The position numbers and the translations under genes were made by a program. This document shows positions 9,848-19,487 of a DNA stretch of 53,428 nucleotides, one piece after another; positions within the stretch are counted from its first letter, which is position 1; each line of letters starts with the position of its first letter. Source of the stretch: Thermoplasmatota archaeon (GTDB taxonomy: Archaea; Thermoplasmatota; Thermoplasmata; Thermoplasmatales; Thermoplasmataceae); NCBI GenBank assembly GCA_023487765.1, contig JAMDBW010000052.1, positions 1-53,428 on the forward strand, written 5' to 3'. The notes beneath the pieces are model-generated. The model ran no database searches, had not been told where the DNA came from, and saw only the letters and a list, made by a program, of their open reading frames with translations.

Positions 9848-11855
9848 CGTAATAATAAACGCCACAGGAACGGACCTTGTAAAATTATGGTACATAAGGA
9901 ACAGGAAGCTCTCGTTCAGGCGATTCCAGAACAGATCATGGATATTTGTTTCCGGATCGGATTACGATCTGGATTTCCTTTCAGGACAGCTGGACTGTAC
10001 CGATTTGTATGACTACAGTGAACACACTGGAAAAAACGTATACGGGGAGGTAAAAGGACTCAAGATACACGCAAAGCCGTCAGGGATCAGTGATCTCATT
10101 CTTGCTGTGGAAAACATCGGCATGGGGAGGAAATTCAGCATCTACAACGCTGACGTGAACCCAATCCTGAGGTTTATGTCAGAACGCGATCTGGAGTTCT
10201 TTTCAATAGAATCCCCTTATCACCACGATCCGCCGGTGGATTCCGTTTATATTGGCGGGCGGGCACATCTTGGGTCCCCGTCAGAGATCATGATAGACGG
10301 CAGGGTTTACGGGGCAGTCAATTCCCTGTCCCTAAGTGATGTTGCCGACGCCATAATGGACAACGTGATCATAATATACGACAACAAAGACAGGTTCTTC
10401 GAAAAAATCCTCAGGATGATCACGTATCGGGGATACAGTATTCCGGCCATAAGGGGTATCACTGGATCCACGTACGAATCCTATGGCCAGATACACTACA
10501 ACAACCCGAGGATAGCTATTTCGGGCAGGATAGCCATAGAGTCCGGTTCATTTGCCTATTCGGAATGCGGCCTGCCCGGACTCGTGGAAATATCGCGGAT
10601 GTCATCCCTCCCGATAACCACTGCTTCAACCGTTACCACCGGAACAGCAGTGTCCTCAATGGAAGAGTCCCACGCCATAAAGAACGGCATACTGATTCCC
10701 CTGTACAAGGATGACCATGAGCAGGCGAAATGCTCGCTGACGCTAACGGAAACCGACAGGGGTGGAATGGTTCTCCAGCCGGAGCCGGGCATATACCGGG
10801 ATGTTTATGAAATAGATTTCTCCTCTATGTATCCGAGCATAATGGTAAATTATAACCTGTCTCCGGAAACAATAACCGGGAATGGCGATTTCGAGGTTCC
10901 GGGAACGCCATACCGTATCACAGGCAGGAAGCAGGGATTTCTTTCAGATGCACTCAGGCACCTGCTTGAAAAGAGGCTGTTCTACAAATCCATAAAACAC
11001 ATGGACACTGTGTACGGAAACAGGGATGCAGCCTTGAAATGGATGCTTCTCACCTCTTTCGGATATACTGGATATAAAAATGCAAAATTCGGGAAAATAG
11101 AGGTTCATGAAGCTATAACGTCTCTGGGAAGGTGGGCACTCGCAACGGCCATAAATATAGCCAGGGATCATGGGTTTGAAGTAATCCATGGAATAGTGGA
11201 TTCCCTCTGGATCAGGGGAACAGGCAGCATAGACAGGGTACTGGAGGACATTGAACGCAAAACAAGGATTGGAATAGTTGTGGACGGGCACTACAGGTGG
11301 ATTGCATTCATGCCGGCAAGATCCGGGCTCGGCGCCCTCAACAGGTACGTGGGACTCAGGGATGACGGAACATTCAAGGTCAGGGGAATAGAGCTGCGCA
11401 GGCGTGACGTTCCCGGAATATGCATAAAATTCCAGGCGGAGGCGCTGGACATTCTCAGGAAATGCAACACTACTGCAGAAATATGGGCCAGAAGGAAGGA
11501 AATAAAGGATCTTGAAAACCTGTACATGAAGTCCCTCCGGAAAATGCCGAGGGAGAATTTCAGGATGGGAGTGCACGTAACAAGGAGGCTTGAAGAATAC
11601 AGGGTCAACAACCTGCAGAAAAAGCTTCTTGAGGTATCCGGCAGGGCAGGATATGAAATAAATGCGGGAGACACCGTGGATGCCGTGGTAGTCAGCAGGA
11701 AGGGAGGTATTGTCGATCCGGGCGATCAGTACGATGAGGTTGACCTGGAATTTTACAGGAAGTTCCTTCTCAGGGCGTTCGAACCGATAGACTTCATAGT
11801 TTCTTCATGCGGTACGGGAACAGAATCCATCACTCTCCGTGCATTCTACTCATGA
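9840..11855 (+). CDS. polB2: Family B DNA polymerase, PolB2 (Dpo2-like) clade
   Basis: IDFSSMYPSI (motif A), KWMLLTSFGYTG (motif B), HGIVDSLW in place of YGDTDS (motif C); exonuclease domain degenerate. Confidence 0.9.
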   Translation: MDDVIINATGTDLVKLWYIRNRKLSFRRFQNRSWIFVSGSDYDLDFLSGQLDCTDLYDYSEHTGKNVYGEVKGLKIHAKPSGISDLILAVENIGMGRKFSIYNADVNPILRFMSERDLEFFSIESPYHHDPPVDSVYIGGRAHLGSPSEIMIDGRVYGAVNSLSLSDVADAIMDNVIIIYDNKDRFFEKILRMITYRGYSIPAIRGITGSTYESYGQIHYNNPRIAISGRIAIESGSFAYSECGLPGLVEISRMSSLPITTASTVTTGTAVSSMEESHAIKNGILIPLYKDDHEQAKCSLTLTETDRGGMVLQPEPGIYRDVYEIDFSSMYPSIMVNYNLSPETITGNGDFEVPGTPYRITGRKQGFLSDALRHLLEKRLFYKSIKHMDTVYGNRDAALKWMLLTSFGYTGYKNAKFGKIEVHEAITSLGRWALATAINIARDHGFEVIHGIVDSLWIRGTGSIDRVLEDIERKTRIGIVVDGHYRWIAFMPARSGLGALNRYVGLRDDGTFKVRGIELRRRDVPGICIKFQAEALDILRKCNTTAEIWARRKEIKDLENLYMKSLRKMPRENFRMGVHVTRRLEEYRVNNLQKKLLEVSGRAGYEINAGDTVDAVVVSRKGGIVDPGDQYDEVDLEFYRKFLLRAFEPIDFIVSSCGTGTESITLRAFYS

Positions 11856-12951
11856 AACTGGTGATTTTTTCCTCCAGGATAGATACCGGTACGTCGTTTA
11901 TGCCAATCATCTTTGAAACGCCTTTCTTGTCGCCTCTTCCCACGATCTTCCCCTCCACTATTCCAAGAGTTTCAAGCCTCTTTACGGTCCTGTAGACCTT
12001 TGAACTTTCGCCGGCATCAACGCCGTACTGTTCGTCCACCACTCTTATTTCCTTTAGAACGCAGGTCATATCGGTGCTGGCTTCAGACTTGAGGCATCTG
12101 CATATTGCCAGTAATACGGCCAGTTCATCAGAATCAAGCTCTCCGAGTTTGCTCTCTGTAACGTATGGATTTATCATTGACTTTGCAGTGCGTACATCTT
12201 CGCTCCCCATGCGATCTCCGTTCCTGTACTGGCATGCGTATGCCGATTTCTGGAGGAGCTCTATTGCGACCCTCGCGCTTCCGAAAGGCTGGGCGATTTC
12301 CCCGATGTATCCCAGAATCTCCTGATCATATGATCCGTATTCAAGCGAAATCCTGGCTCTTTCTTCTATTATCCTGGTAAGTTCCTCTCCGGAATATCTG
12401 TTGAACAGGATTGTTGAGAAAACCCCGAGAGATTTTCTGTCCCTCTCGTTCATGTATACTGATGGATCCTCCATGGAGACCATTATGCTGGATATCGGGG
12501 TCCCATAGATTTCACTGGCTCTCAGGAGGTTGTATACACCGTCCCTGTCAAATTTTATTATATTCGTGGCTTCATCCATGATAAGTACGATGTTCCTGTC
12601 CTTCTCCTGGCTGATGCGCTTCATGGCCCTGAAAATGTCCGGATATGCGAGATTTTTTGTTCCGGTTATTCTCCCCAGCCTCGAGAGGGCATCGGCAAGC
12701 AGCAGCCTCATGCTTCCGAAGGAGAGGGCGTTTTCATACACCATGAGGAACCTCTTCTCTTCCCTGATAAGATACCGCATGGTGGAGGTTTTCCCGGTTC
12801 CGGAGTCGCCGAACGCCACAAGGTTGGAGCATATCCCGGCCTTCAGGGGCTCGAGCATGAGCTTTCTTACCGTGTCGATCTGGTTCTCTCTGAACCTGAG
12901 ATTCTGCGGAACATATGAAAAATCAAGCGGATCAGGGTTCTTTATTATCAA
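11830..12951 (-). CDS. cdc6: Cdc6/Orc1 family protein (divergent paralogue)
   Basis: LDFSYVPQNLRFRE, Walker A GDSGTGKT, Walker B IMDEA, GSARVAIELL, C-terminal winged helix. Confidence 0.9.
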   Translation of the reverse strand: MIIKNPDPLDFSYVPQNLRFRENQIDTVRKLMLEPLKAGICSNLVAFGDSGTGKTSTMRYLIREEKRFLMVYENALSFGSMRLLLADALSRLGRITGTKNLAYPDIFRAMKRISQEKDRNIVLIMDEATNIIKFDRDGVYNLLRASEIYGTPISSIMVSMEDPSVYMNERDRKSLGVFSTILFNRYSGEELTRIIEERARISLEYGSYDQEILGYIGEIAQPFGSARVAIELLQKSAYACQYRNGDRMGSEDVRTAKSMINPYVTESKLGELDSDELAVLLAICRCLKSEASTDMTCVLKEIRVVDEQYGVDAGESSKVYRTVKRLETLGIVEGKIVGRGDKKGVSKMIGINDVPVSILEEKITSFMSRMHGE

Positions 12952-12989
12952 CAGAAAGAGATAACTGTGAAATGGTTATTATATTTGGG

Positions 12990-14669
12990 TCAGGCATTGC
13001 TGATGGATGCAAGGGTCGAAAATTCGGCATTTCGTTCGATACCCCATCTCTTCACTTTCTCTATGTCAACGCCATTCTTCCTGGCTACAGATTCTATATA
13101 TTTCAGCATCATGAATCCTCCGCCGGAAATTATTGATCCGGTGCCAAGCCTTGTCACGAAGTTTCCGCGGGAATCCCTGTAGCCATCTCTTGCAGCCATC
13201 TTCGCCAGGTGCCTGTATGAAGCGTAATAGACTGCGAGCTGGTTTTCCGTAAGCATATTCCTGTTCAGGCTCCGAGACTTTATCCTTCCAAGAGGAACGT
13301 TTACGAGAGGAGTGACTGTGAATTCGAATGGTCTTCCGCCTGCATAGGAGTTGCTGAGCCTGTTAATCATGGCTATGGTGTCCCATTCGTCCTCTGCAGT
13401 TTCACCCTCCTGGCCAACCTGAACAGTGAACGCCGGTCTCCAGTAGTTCATGGTCTCAACGTGGACACCCTGCCATACTATTTCCTGCCAGCTTCCGTCC
13501 GGGCCAATCCTGAGCGGCATGGTCTTGTTCGGCATGTGTTTCAGGGCCAGATTATCACTCCCGGTTTCCACACCTGTCTGGACGCCAATCCAGTTCGACG
13601 GACCGGCCCTGAGGATTCCGGATAGCTTCTCCATCATTTCCGGGTATGCGGCGGGTATTGAAATCCTGCCGTGCGTCGGATTGGCAGTTTCCACCCCCCT
13701 GATTGCGGTAACAGATCTGAACAGTTCCTCAAGTGCTTCCTCATTGGGGATGAACCTGTTCCCATGTTTGTAGCCGAATATCTCGTCAGAATGCAGCCAG
13801 GCATTGGTCAGGCCTGCGTTGGCATTTGTCCGGACCTCGCTGGTTATTCTGTCAAGGGAGTTATATCTCAAAGGTCTCAGCGTCACCTCACAGAAATCGC
13901 AGCCCACTCCACAGCCCCGCATAACCTCAACCATGCCCTTGTTGGCAGGTCCGGCTATTTCCGGTATGTCCTCAATTCTCGGATACGAGGGCCCGGCAAT
14001 GCCCCTTGTTATGAACAGGTCATCATTTTTCTGTATTCGCCTGAAGCTGCCGTCATAGGTAACGTATCCCCTCCGGAATACCGTGCCGTCTATGCTGCCC
14101 TCACTGATCTGTTCAAACAGCAAGTCGGCAATGTCATCAATTTCCCCCTGGACAATGTAATCAAAATTGTATTTCTCTATCTCATCTCTCAAGACAGTGA
14201 ATTCCCAGACTCCCGGACCGCCGACGACGAGTTTCGCTTTCTTTCCCGATCTGATGACATTGATCTTCCCGATAAGTGAATCCCACTCTTTCCTTACCCA
14301 TGCCATCATTTCTCCGCCGAAGAGTGCGTGATATGACATCGTGGTCGGGCCTATGCCAAGCGGATCCATGGTTGTAACTCCTATTATCTCTGTATCGTCG
14401 GTTATGAAGCGATCAAGGTAATCCTCGTGAGCCACGACGACTTCATTTCTTTGAAATTTTCTGAGCAGTGACGCTTCAAGCTTCCTCAGCCCGTAGGGGG
14501 CAAAGACGGCCTCGCCACCGGGATGTGAAGGCGGAAGAGAACCTCTGAGAAACCTGTATATCGGCGCCGGTATCGCTTTGCCGGGGGCACTCGGAAGAAA
14601 ATCCAGCAAAGGAAAATTCCGGTATTCATAGCTCAGGGTTGAATCGGAAACCAAAACAAATCGTGTCAC
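12990..14669 (-). CDS. B12-binding radical SAM protein, resembling GDGT ring synthase (Grs) homologues
   Basis: CxxxCxxC motif RGCGVGCDFC; N-terminal APYGLRKLEASL and VVGGPG cobalamin-domain segments. The Grs assignment is from recalled family similarity only. Confidence 0.75.
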   Translation of the reverse strand: MTRFVLVSDSTLSYEYRNFPLLDFLPSAPGKAIPAPIYRFLRGSLPPSHPGGEAVFAPYGLRKLEASLLRKFQRNEVVVAHEDYLDRFITDDTEIIGVTTMDPLGIGPTTMSYHALFGGEMMAWVRKEWDSLIGKINVIRSGKKAKLVVGGPGVWEFTVLRDEIEKYNFDYIVQGEIDDIADLLFEQISEGSIDGTVFRRGYVTYDGSFRRIQKNDDLFITRGIAGPSYPRIEDIPEIAGPANKGMVEVMRGCGVGCDFCEVTLRPLRYNSLDRITSEVRTNANAGLTNAWLHSDEIFGYKHGNRFIPNEEALEELFRSVTAIRGVETANPTHGRISIPAAYPEMMEKLSGILRAGPSNWIGVQTGVETGSDNLALKHMPNKTMPLRIGPDGSWQEIVWQGVHVETMNYWRPAFTVQVGQEGETAEDEWDTIAMINRLSNSYAGGRPFEFTVTPLVNVPLGRIKSRSLNRNMLTENQLAVYYASYRHLAKMAARDGYRDSRGNFVTRLGTGSIISGGGFMMLKYIESVARKNGVDIEKVKRWGIERNAEFSTLASISNA

Positions 14670-14877
14670 ATTTACCAGTCTCCATTAACCGATTTATTCT
14701 GAATTTGAATAAATATTTTACTGATTTCCGGACTGAAACAATGGATAGTTCAGTTGGCAAACTGTTTTCATGGTTTAGTTCCTTAATCCTGCAAATTAAG
14801 GCAAAATTCGCATAATCCGGAACGCACCGGTTTCCTGCCTGCGAAACTTTATTATAAAAAGATAAGTAGGGATTGAA

Positions 14878-15462
14878 ATGCTGCAGGCATCGTTTCTCAC
14901 ACTATTCTGGCCACTCGCGTCCAACGTTACATCAGGAAGCACACCCGGCACCGCTTCACAACTGGCAGGCACCAGTTTTTTTCTCGTACTGGTTGCCCTG
15001 GTGATTGCAAGAAGGGTGCTTGGCGGCGTTCGTGGCAGAATCTACAGCGAAAGGCGCGTTCTGATGATTCCCGTTATCTACATTCTTCTGACTGTTCTTT
15101 CCGTCGCTGCTCTAGGATACATTCACGAAATCATCCTTGGTACACTGGCTCTGCTTCCTGCCGGAGTTTTGTTCGGTTCAAAATTCGGGACAAAGGTTGA
15201 ATTTTTCTGGAAGAACGGGATGATATATTACAGGAGATCGCCAGTTGTCCTCATTCTGTGGCTGGGTTCGTTCATTGTCAGGGTTCTGCTTGAAACGATA
15301 TATCCCGGGAATCTGCAAGTCGAAATCGTTATTGATGCGGTTCTTTCCTTAACTGCCGGGCTTCTGCTGGGTGAGGCGATGAACATTCTTGGAAAGAGGA
15401 AGAAATTTAACGAGAATGCCCCTGATCAGAGCCAGCCGGAACCATTCATCATAAACCAGTGA
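14878..15462 (+). CDS. Membrane protein, CcdC/DUF1453-like
   Basis: About five hydrophobic helices and a YYRRSPVVLILWL..F.VR pattern. Confidence 0.6.
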   Translation: MLQASFLTLFWPLASNVTSGSTPGTASQLAGTSFFLVLVALVIARRVLGGVRGRIYSERRVLMIPVIYILLTVLSVAALGYIHEIILGTLALLPAGVLFGSKFGTKVEFFWKNGMIYYRRSPVVLILWLGSFIVRVLLETIYPGNLQVEIVIDAVLSLTAGLLLGEAMNILGKRKKFNENAPDQSQPEPFIINQ

Positions 15463-15499
15463 TCAGGGGGAACCACTCCTCCTTTTCTGTTCTTTCTTT

Positions 15500-16135
15500 T
15501 CAGCATTTGAATCCCGGTACAATGAATTTCTCTATCTCGCTTCTCAGTCTCCTGCACGCGCTGAAAGGATCAGCAGACGAGAAAATGCTTGAGATGACTG
15601 CAACGCCGCTGATGCCGTACTGCATAATCTGCCCGACGTTGTCCTCATTTATGCCGCCAATGGCAAATATCGGGATATTCAGGATTTTCTTTGCCTCCTC
15701 AAGAACCGGGAGGTCACACAGCTCTGCACCCTCCTTCGACGTTGTCGGGAAGAACGATCCGAAAGCAACGTATGAAGCGCCGTCTTTCTGACCCTGCAGG
15801 GCCCGCTGTATGTCGCCATAGGTGGAATACCCTATTATCACGTCTCCGAGAATTTCCCTGACTTCGGCTATGGAAGGGTCATCCCTGCCGACATGGACGC
15901 CATCTGCATAGCATTCGCCAGCCAGGGCCGGATCATCGTCTATTATAAGGGGAACGTCATAATCCACAGTGATGCGCCTGATTCTCCTGGAAACCTCAAG
16001 CTTCACGCTGTATGGATTGATCTTGTCTCTGTACTGGAGCAAGTCTATGCCGGCATCAAGCGCCAGCTGAAGTTTCTGGAAGAATCCCTCGCCGTAATAG
16101 TCCGGTGTCAGCAGGTAAAGTCCCTGAAGCCTCAT
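15500..16135 (-). CDS. thiE: Thiamine-phosphate synthase
   Basis: LQYRDK, LIIDD, DGVHVGRDD, GSFFPTTSK, FAIGGI and GVAVIS motifs. Confidence 0.95.
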   Translation of the reverse strand: MRLQGLYLLTPDYYGEGFFQKLQLALDAGIDLLQYRDKINPYSVKLEVSRRIRRITVDYDVPLIIDDDPALAGECYADGVHVGRDDPSIAEVREILGDVIIGYSTYGDIQRALQGQKDGASYVAFGSFFPTTSKEGAELCDLPVLEEAKKILNIPIFAIGGINEDNVGQIMQYGISGVAVISSIFSSADPFSACRRLRSEIEKFIVPGFKC

Positions 16136-17205
16136 TTTAGTCTCCTGGAAACTCCATAATTTATTGCTTTCCAGTAATCATCATGCCCCGGGGGATCAAT
16201 ATTTTTCAGCATGCCGGAATCCTCTATTTTCCTGCCAAAGCTCCCCTCTTTCATGTATCCTGCAATTACGCTTTCTATCCCCTTCGCGTTCAGCCTTTTT
16301 ACGAAAGCCTCCGCCTTATCGGGTACAGCAGTTATCAGGAGAGTGCCTTCACTTATTGATCTGTATGGATTCATCCCGAACAGTTCTGATATCCTGGAGA
16401 CTTCCGGTGACAGGGGCAGTTTGTCCTTCTCAATGAGGATCCCGTTTCCCGAGGCATCCGCTATCTCGTAGAGAGCACCAAGGACGCCCCCCTCCGTGGC
16501 ATCATGCATGGAAGTTATGCCTCTGCTTCTCAGTCCGAATTTGGCAGCTTCCATAGACTCATCTACTGTAGTCATCCTGTAGAACATGGAATCCAGTTTC
16601 CTGAAATCGCCGGTACCGAGTTCTTTTTCAACGTACTGCGGGAACATTGCGGTAAGCATGGCTGCTGCCTCTATCGCCACAGTTTTGGTTATTATGACGG
16701 CATCACCGGGTCTCGACATTGCGGAAGTTATGTATTCATCCTCGCTCCCTGTTCCCATCATCGTGGCACCGCCGACCATCGGGTAGTCCGTTCCGTCATA
16801 CCTGGCAGTATGTCCTGTGACAACCGCAACTCCGTATTTCCTGCATTCCTCGTGCACTGTGTCCCACATTTCGCTTATCTCCCCGTCCTTTATGGAAACG
16901 GGCAGGTTCAGGTCTACGCTCAGGTACTCCGGTGGAAGGCCGGATGTGCAAAGATCGGAAGCTATGATATGAAATGCGAACCATGCGGCTTTATGCCATC
17001 CCAGAGACGGATGTATCGCGAACGGGTCTGTAGTCACGGCCATTACTCTTCCCGGAGCAATTCTTATCACTCCTGTGTCCACGCCGCTTTTTGGCGGCAC
17101 GATAACCTCACTTCTCTTTGCTCCGGTTTTCGGGAGTATGTATTTCTCGAAGTAAACCTTGGTTATTTTTCCAGCTTCATTTGCCATTTTTATTCCTCCA
17201 CCCAT
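16132..17205 (-). CDS. AIR synthase/PurM superfamily (HypE/ThiL-like) ATP-dependent enzyme
   Basis: GVDTGV, VTTDP, IASDL..SG..P, VTGHT, PGDAVIITK, HDATEGG and ISEG motifs; the start may be 17187. Confidence 0.85.
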   Translation of the reverse strand: MGGGIKMANEAGKITKVYFEKYILPKTGAKRSEVIVPPKSGVDTGVIRIAPGRVMAVTTDPFAIHPSLGWHKAAWFAFHIIASDLCTSGLPPEYLSVDLNLPVSIKDGEISEMWDTVHEECRKYGVAVVTGHTARYDGTDYPMVGGATMMGTGSEDEYITSAMSRPGDAVIITKTVAIEAAAMLTAMFPQYVEKELGTGDFRKLDSMFYRMTTVDESMEAAKFGLRSRGITSMHDATEGGVLGALYEIADASGNGILIEKDKLPLSPEVSRISELFGMNPYRSISEGTLLITAVPDKAEAFVKRLNAKGIESVIAGYMKEGSFGRKIEDSGMLKNIDPPGHDDYWKAINYGVSRRLK

Positions 17206-17983
17206 GATTCAGGGAACCGAATCCCTTTCCCATGATCAGTGAGTTAATGATCGCGCCCTGGAGATATTCTCTCGCCATGGTGACGGAGGACACGAGATCA
17301 TTGCCCAGTGCGAGGAAGGAGGCAATGGCGGAAGAGTAAGTATCTCCGGTCCCGTGGGTGTTCTTTGTATCTATCCTCAGTTCCACGAATTCTCTGAAAC
17401 CGGAACCGTCGTAGAGGACATCTTCCACGTATTTCCCTGTGGAGTGTCCTCCCTTGATCAGGACCCTGCAGCCCGTATCCGCAAATATTTTCTCAGCAGC
17501 CTTTCTTGCATGGTCTCCTCGCGATATGCTTAAACCGGAAAGTATCTCGGCTTCAGGTACGTTCGGCGTGACGAGATCGGCTATCCCCAGCAGTCCCGAT
17601 TTAAGCGTCTCCACTGCGTTTCCATTCAGGAGTCTTGCACCGGTCTTGGACACCATTACGGGGTCTACGATCACGTTTTTCACGGAGTATTCAGTGAATT
17701 TTGAACGCACAGCATCTATGATCTCACCGGAATAGAGCATGCCGGTCTTGGCAGCATCAGCCCCTATGTCTGAAAGAACGGCATCCATCTGCTTTCCCAC
17801 GAAATCAGGATCCATAGGAAAAATTCCGGATACCTCAACGGAATTCTGGGCGGTCACTGCGGTGACGGCGGATGTTCCAAATACGCCCAGCGCAGTCATG
17901 GTTTTCAGGTCAGCCTGTAATCCGGCTCCTCCGCCGGAATCTGAACCGGCCACCGTAAGTACTACCGGAAGCCCTCTTTTCAT
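17177..17983 (-). CDS. thiD: HMP/HMP-phosphate kinase without a ThiN fusion
   Basis: [38 protein letters not shown] and THGTG motifs. Confidence 0.95.
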   Translation of the reverse strand: MKRGLPVVLTVAGSDSGGGAGLQADLKTMTALGVFGTSAVTAVTAQNSVEVSGIFPMDPDFVGKQMDAVLSDIGADAAKTGMLYSGEIIDAVRSKFTEYSVKNVIVDPVMVSKTGARLLNGNAVETLKSGLLGIADLVTPNVPEAEILSGLSISRGDHARKAAEKIFADTGCRVLIKGGHSTGKYVEDVLYDGSGFREFVELRIDTKNTHGTGDTYSSAIASFLALGNDLVSSVTMAREYLQGAIINSLIMGKGFGSLNHGWRNKNGK

Positions 17984-19218
17984 GCCAGGCTTACCCTCCC
18001 GGTTTCATTTCCCCTGATGAACCACACCACGGATCCGATGAATCCTATTGACCACATCATGGTTGCAAATATCATGTAATTCAGGGTTGAAAAGTTTACC
18101 AGCAGAAAGAGAGAAGCGATGTATATGCCATAAGCTATACCCCTGACGGAAGCGATGCCTCTCCCGCGCCATCCGGTGTCGAAAAGTTCGGGCTGCAGAA
18201 GTTCACGGGAAGCCCAGCCCAGTTCACTGAAGAACGAATTGACAAGTACCAGCACAACAAACAGCATCAGGGAGGATGAGAAGAACAGGTAGGGTATGAA
18301 CAGCGTCATTGACAGGAATCCTCCTGTGTATGCAAAAAGTGCAAGGAGTTTCCTGGGTACCCTGTCAATGAAGAAAATTGCGAGAATACCGGTCGCTGAC
18401 GTCCCCAGGCCTGACGAAAATGCTATCAGGCTTACGTACATGGGGAATTTGTACGGTCCCATAACAAAAGTCACCAGCGCGAAAGTGAGGACTATTGTGA
18501 TGGCGAATGACAGCAGGACGAGGAATTTCAGTATCCCCCTTGAATTGATTTCCGGTTTCGCTGCGACGGACCGGGAAACATACCTCCATCTTATGCTCTC
18601 CGGGATCCTCACTCTGGCGTAAACGGCTATAATAAGCCCGGCAACCGCCATTATCCCGAAAAGAAGCTTCTGGAGGTAAATATTGGCAGGAGTCAGGAGA
18701 AATACTCCTGAAAGGACTGCCACACCGATATTTGCAGAGTTTGACGCAAGGATCAGGACTTTGCCGCGATACCTTGCAGGGAACAGTTCTGCCATGAATG
18801 CCAGTGAGACGGTTTCTTCACCGCCGAATCCCATTTCCGCCAGAATAATTGATATGATGATCTCAAGAACGTTAGCGGAGAGGATTATGCCGGAGATTCC
18901 AACGGCCCCCATCACCATGGTTGTCATGAAGATCTTCTTCCTGCCAAACCTGTCTGCAAGGAATCCCATGAGTATGTTGCCAATCAGGAGGCCAGCCGGA
19001 GATGCGAGAAGGATGTAAGTTGTGTAATCCCGGGGAACTACGGGCCATTCAGTTACCAGTGGGGCAACAACCAGTAACATGCCCCAGACAAAGAAGCTCG
19101 TGACCATTGTCATCAGCATAAGTGAATGGGTTCTGGTCCACGTCATTCCATCAAGGGTTTTCCTGAGATCGCCGTAATTGTTGAACATGGACGGGTCGAC
19201 GGAATTAAGATCGCTCAT
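17980..19218 (-). CDS. MFS transporter, probably for thiamine or a precursor
   Basis: MFS motif [12 protein letters not shown] and about 11-12 TMs. ATG 19218 is preceded by GGAGG. First gene downstream of the TPP riboswitch. Confidence 0.85.
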   Translation of the reverse strand: MSDLNSVDPSMFNNYGDLRKTLDGMTWTRTHSLMLMTMVTSFFVWGMLLVVAPLVTEWPVVPRDYTTYILLASPAGLLIGNILMGFLADRFGRKKIFMTTMVMGAVGISGIILSANVLEIIISIILAEMGFGGEETVSLAFMAELFPARYRGKVLILASNSANIGVAVLSGVFLLTPANIYLQKLLFGIMAVAGLIIAVYARVRIPESIRWRYVSRSVAAKPEINSRGILKFLVLLSFAITIVLTFALVTFVMGPYKFPMYVSLIAFSSGLGTSATGILAIFFIDRVPRKLLALFAYTGGFLSMTLFIPYLFFSSSLMLFVVLVLVNSFFSELGWASRELLQPELFDTGWRGRGIASVRGIAYGIYIASLFLLVNFSTLNYMIFATMMWSIGFIGSVVWFIRGNETGRVSLA

Positions 19219-19319
19219 CACCGCACAGCCTCCCGACAGAACAACCCGGAAGAGCAAACATTTCCATTGCTTACATGACAGCTATATGAAGCCGGTTCAA
19301 GTCCTAAATCTACGATATA

Positions 19320-19408
19320 CACTAACATCCCTCCGCCAGCATTACCTGGATCAGGTTCTAAGGGTCGACCGCAAGGTCCTCTCAGCTTCATCAGAAGCTC
19401 CCCTAGTG
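19320..19408 (-). ncRNA. TPP riboswitch (THI element)
   Basis: The minus strand reads CACUAG GGGAGC...GCUGAGAGG...ACCCUUAGAACCUGAUCCAGGUAAUGCUGGCGGAGGGA UG UUAGUG, with the conserved CUGAGA and AACCUGAU..GUAAU..GCG.AGGGA elements and P1 = CACUAG/UUAGUG. It lies upstream of thi genes. Confidence 0.95.
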
Positions 19409-19487
19409 CCCGTTCATTTAAATTCAATACTTAAGGATTATTGAAACGAAACCTTTTAAGTCCAGAGAGTTCTAAGGGCACCCGGAG

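Noticed and set aside
14715..14730. ORB-like sequence TTCCGGACTGAAAC near cdc6, suggesting a replication origin
   Set aside because: Poor match, single copy, no G-string or repeated array, and separated from cdc6 by another gene
19323..19427. 69-aa ORF 19218-19427 as a full protein
   Set aside because: Its 5' part runs through the riboswitch aptamer and the probable promoter; only the portion from GTG 19322 is considered plausible
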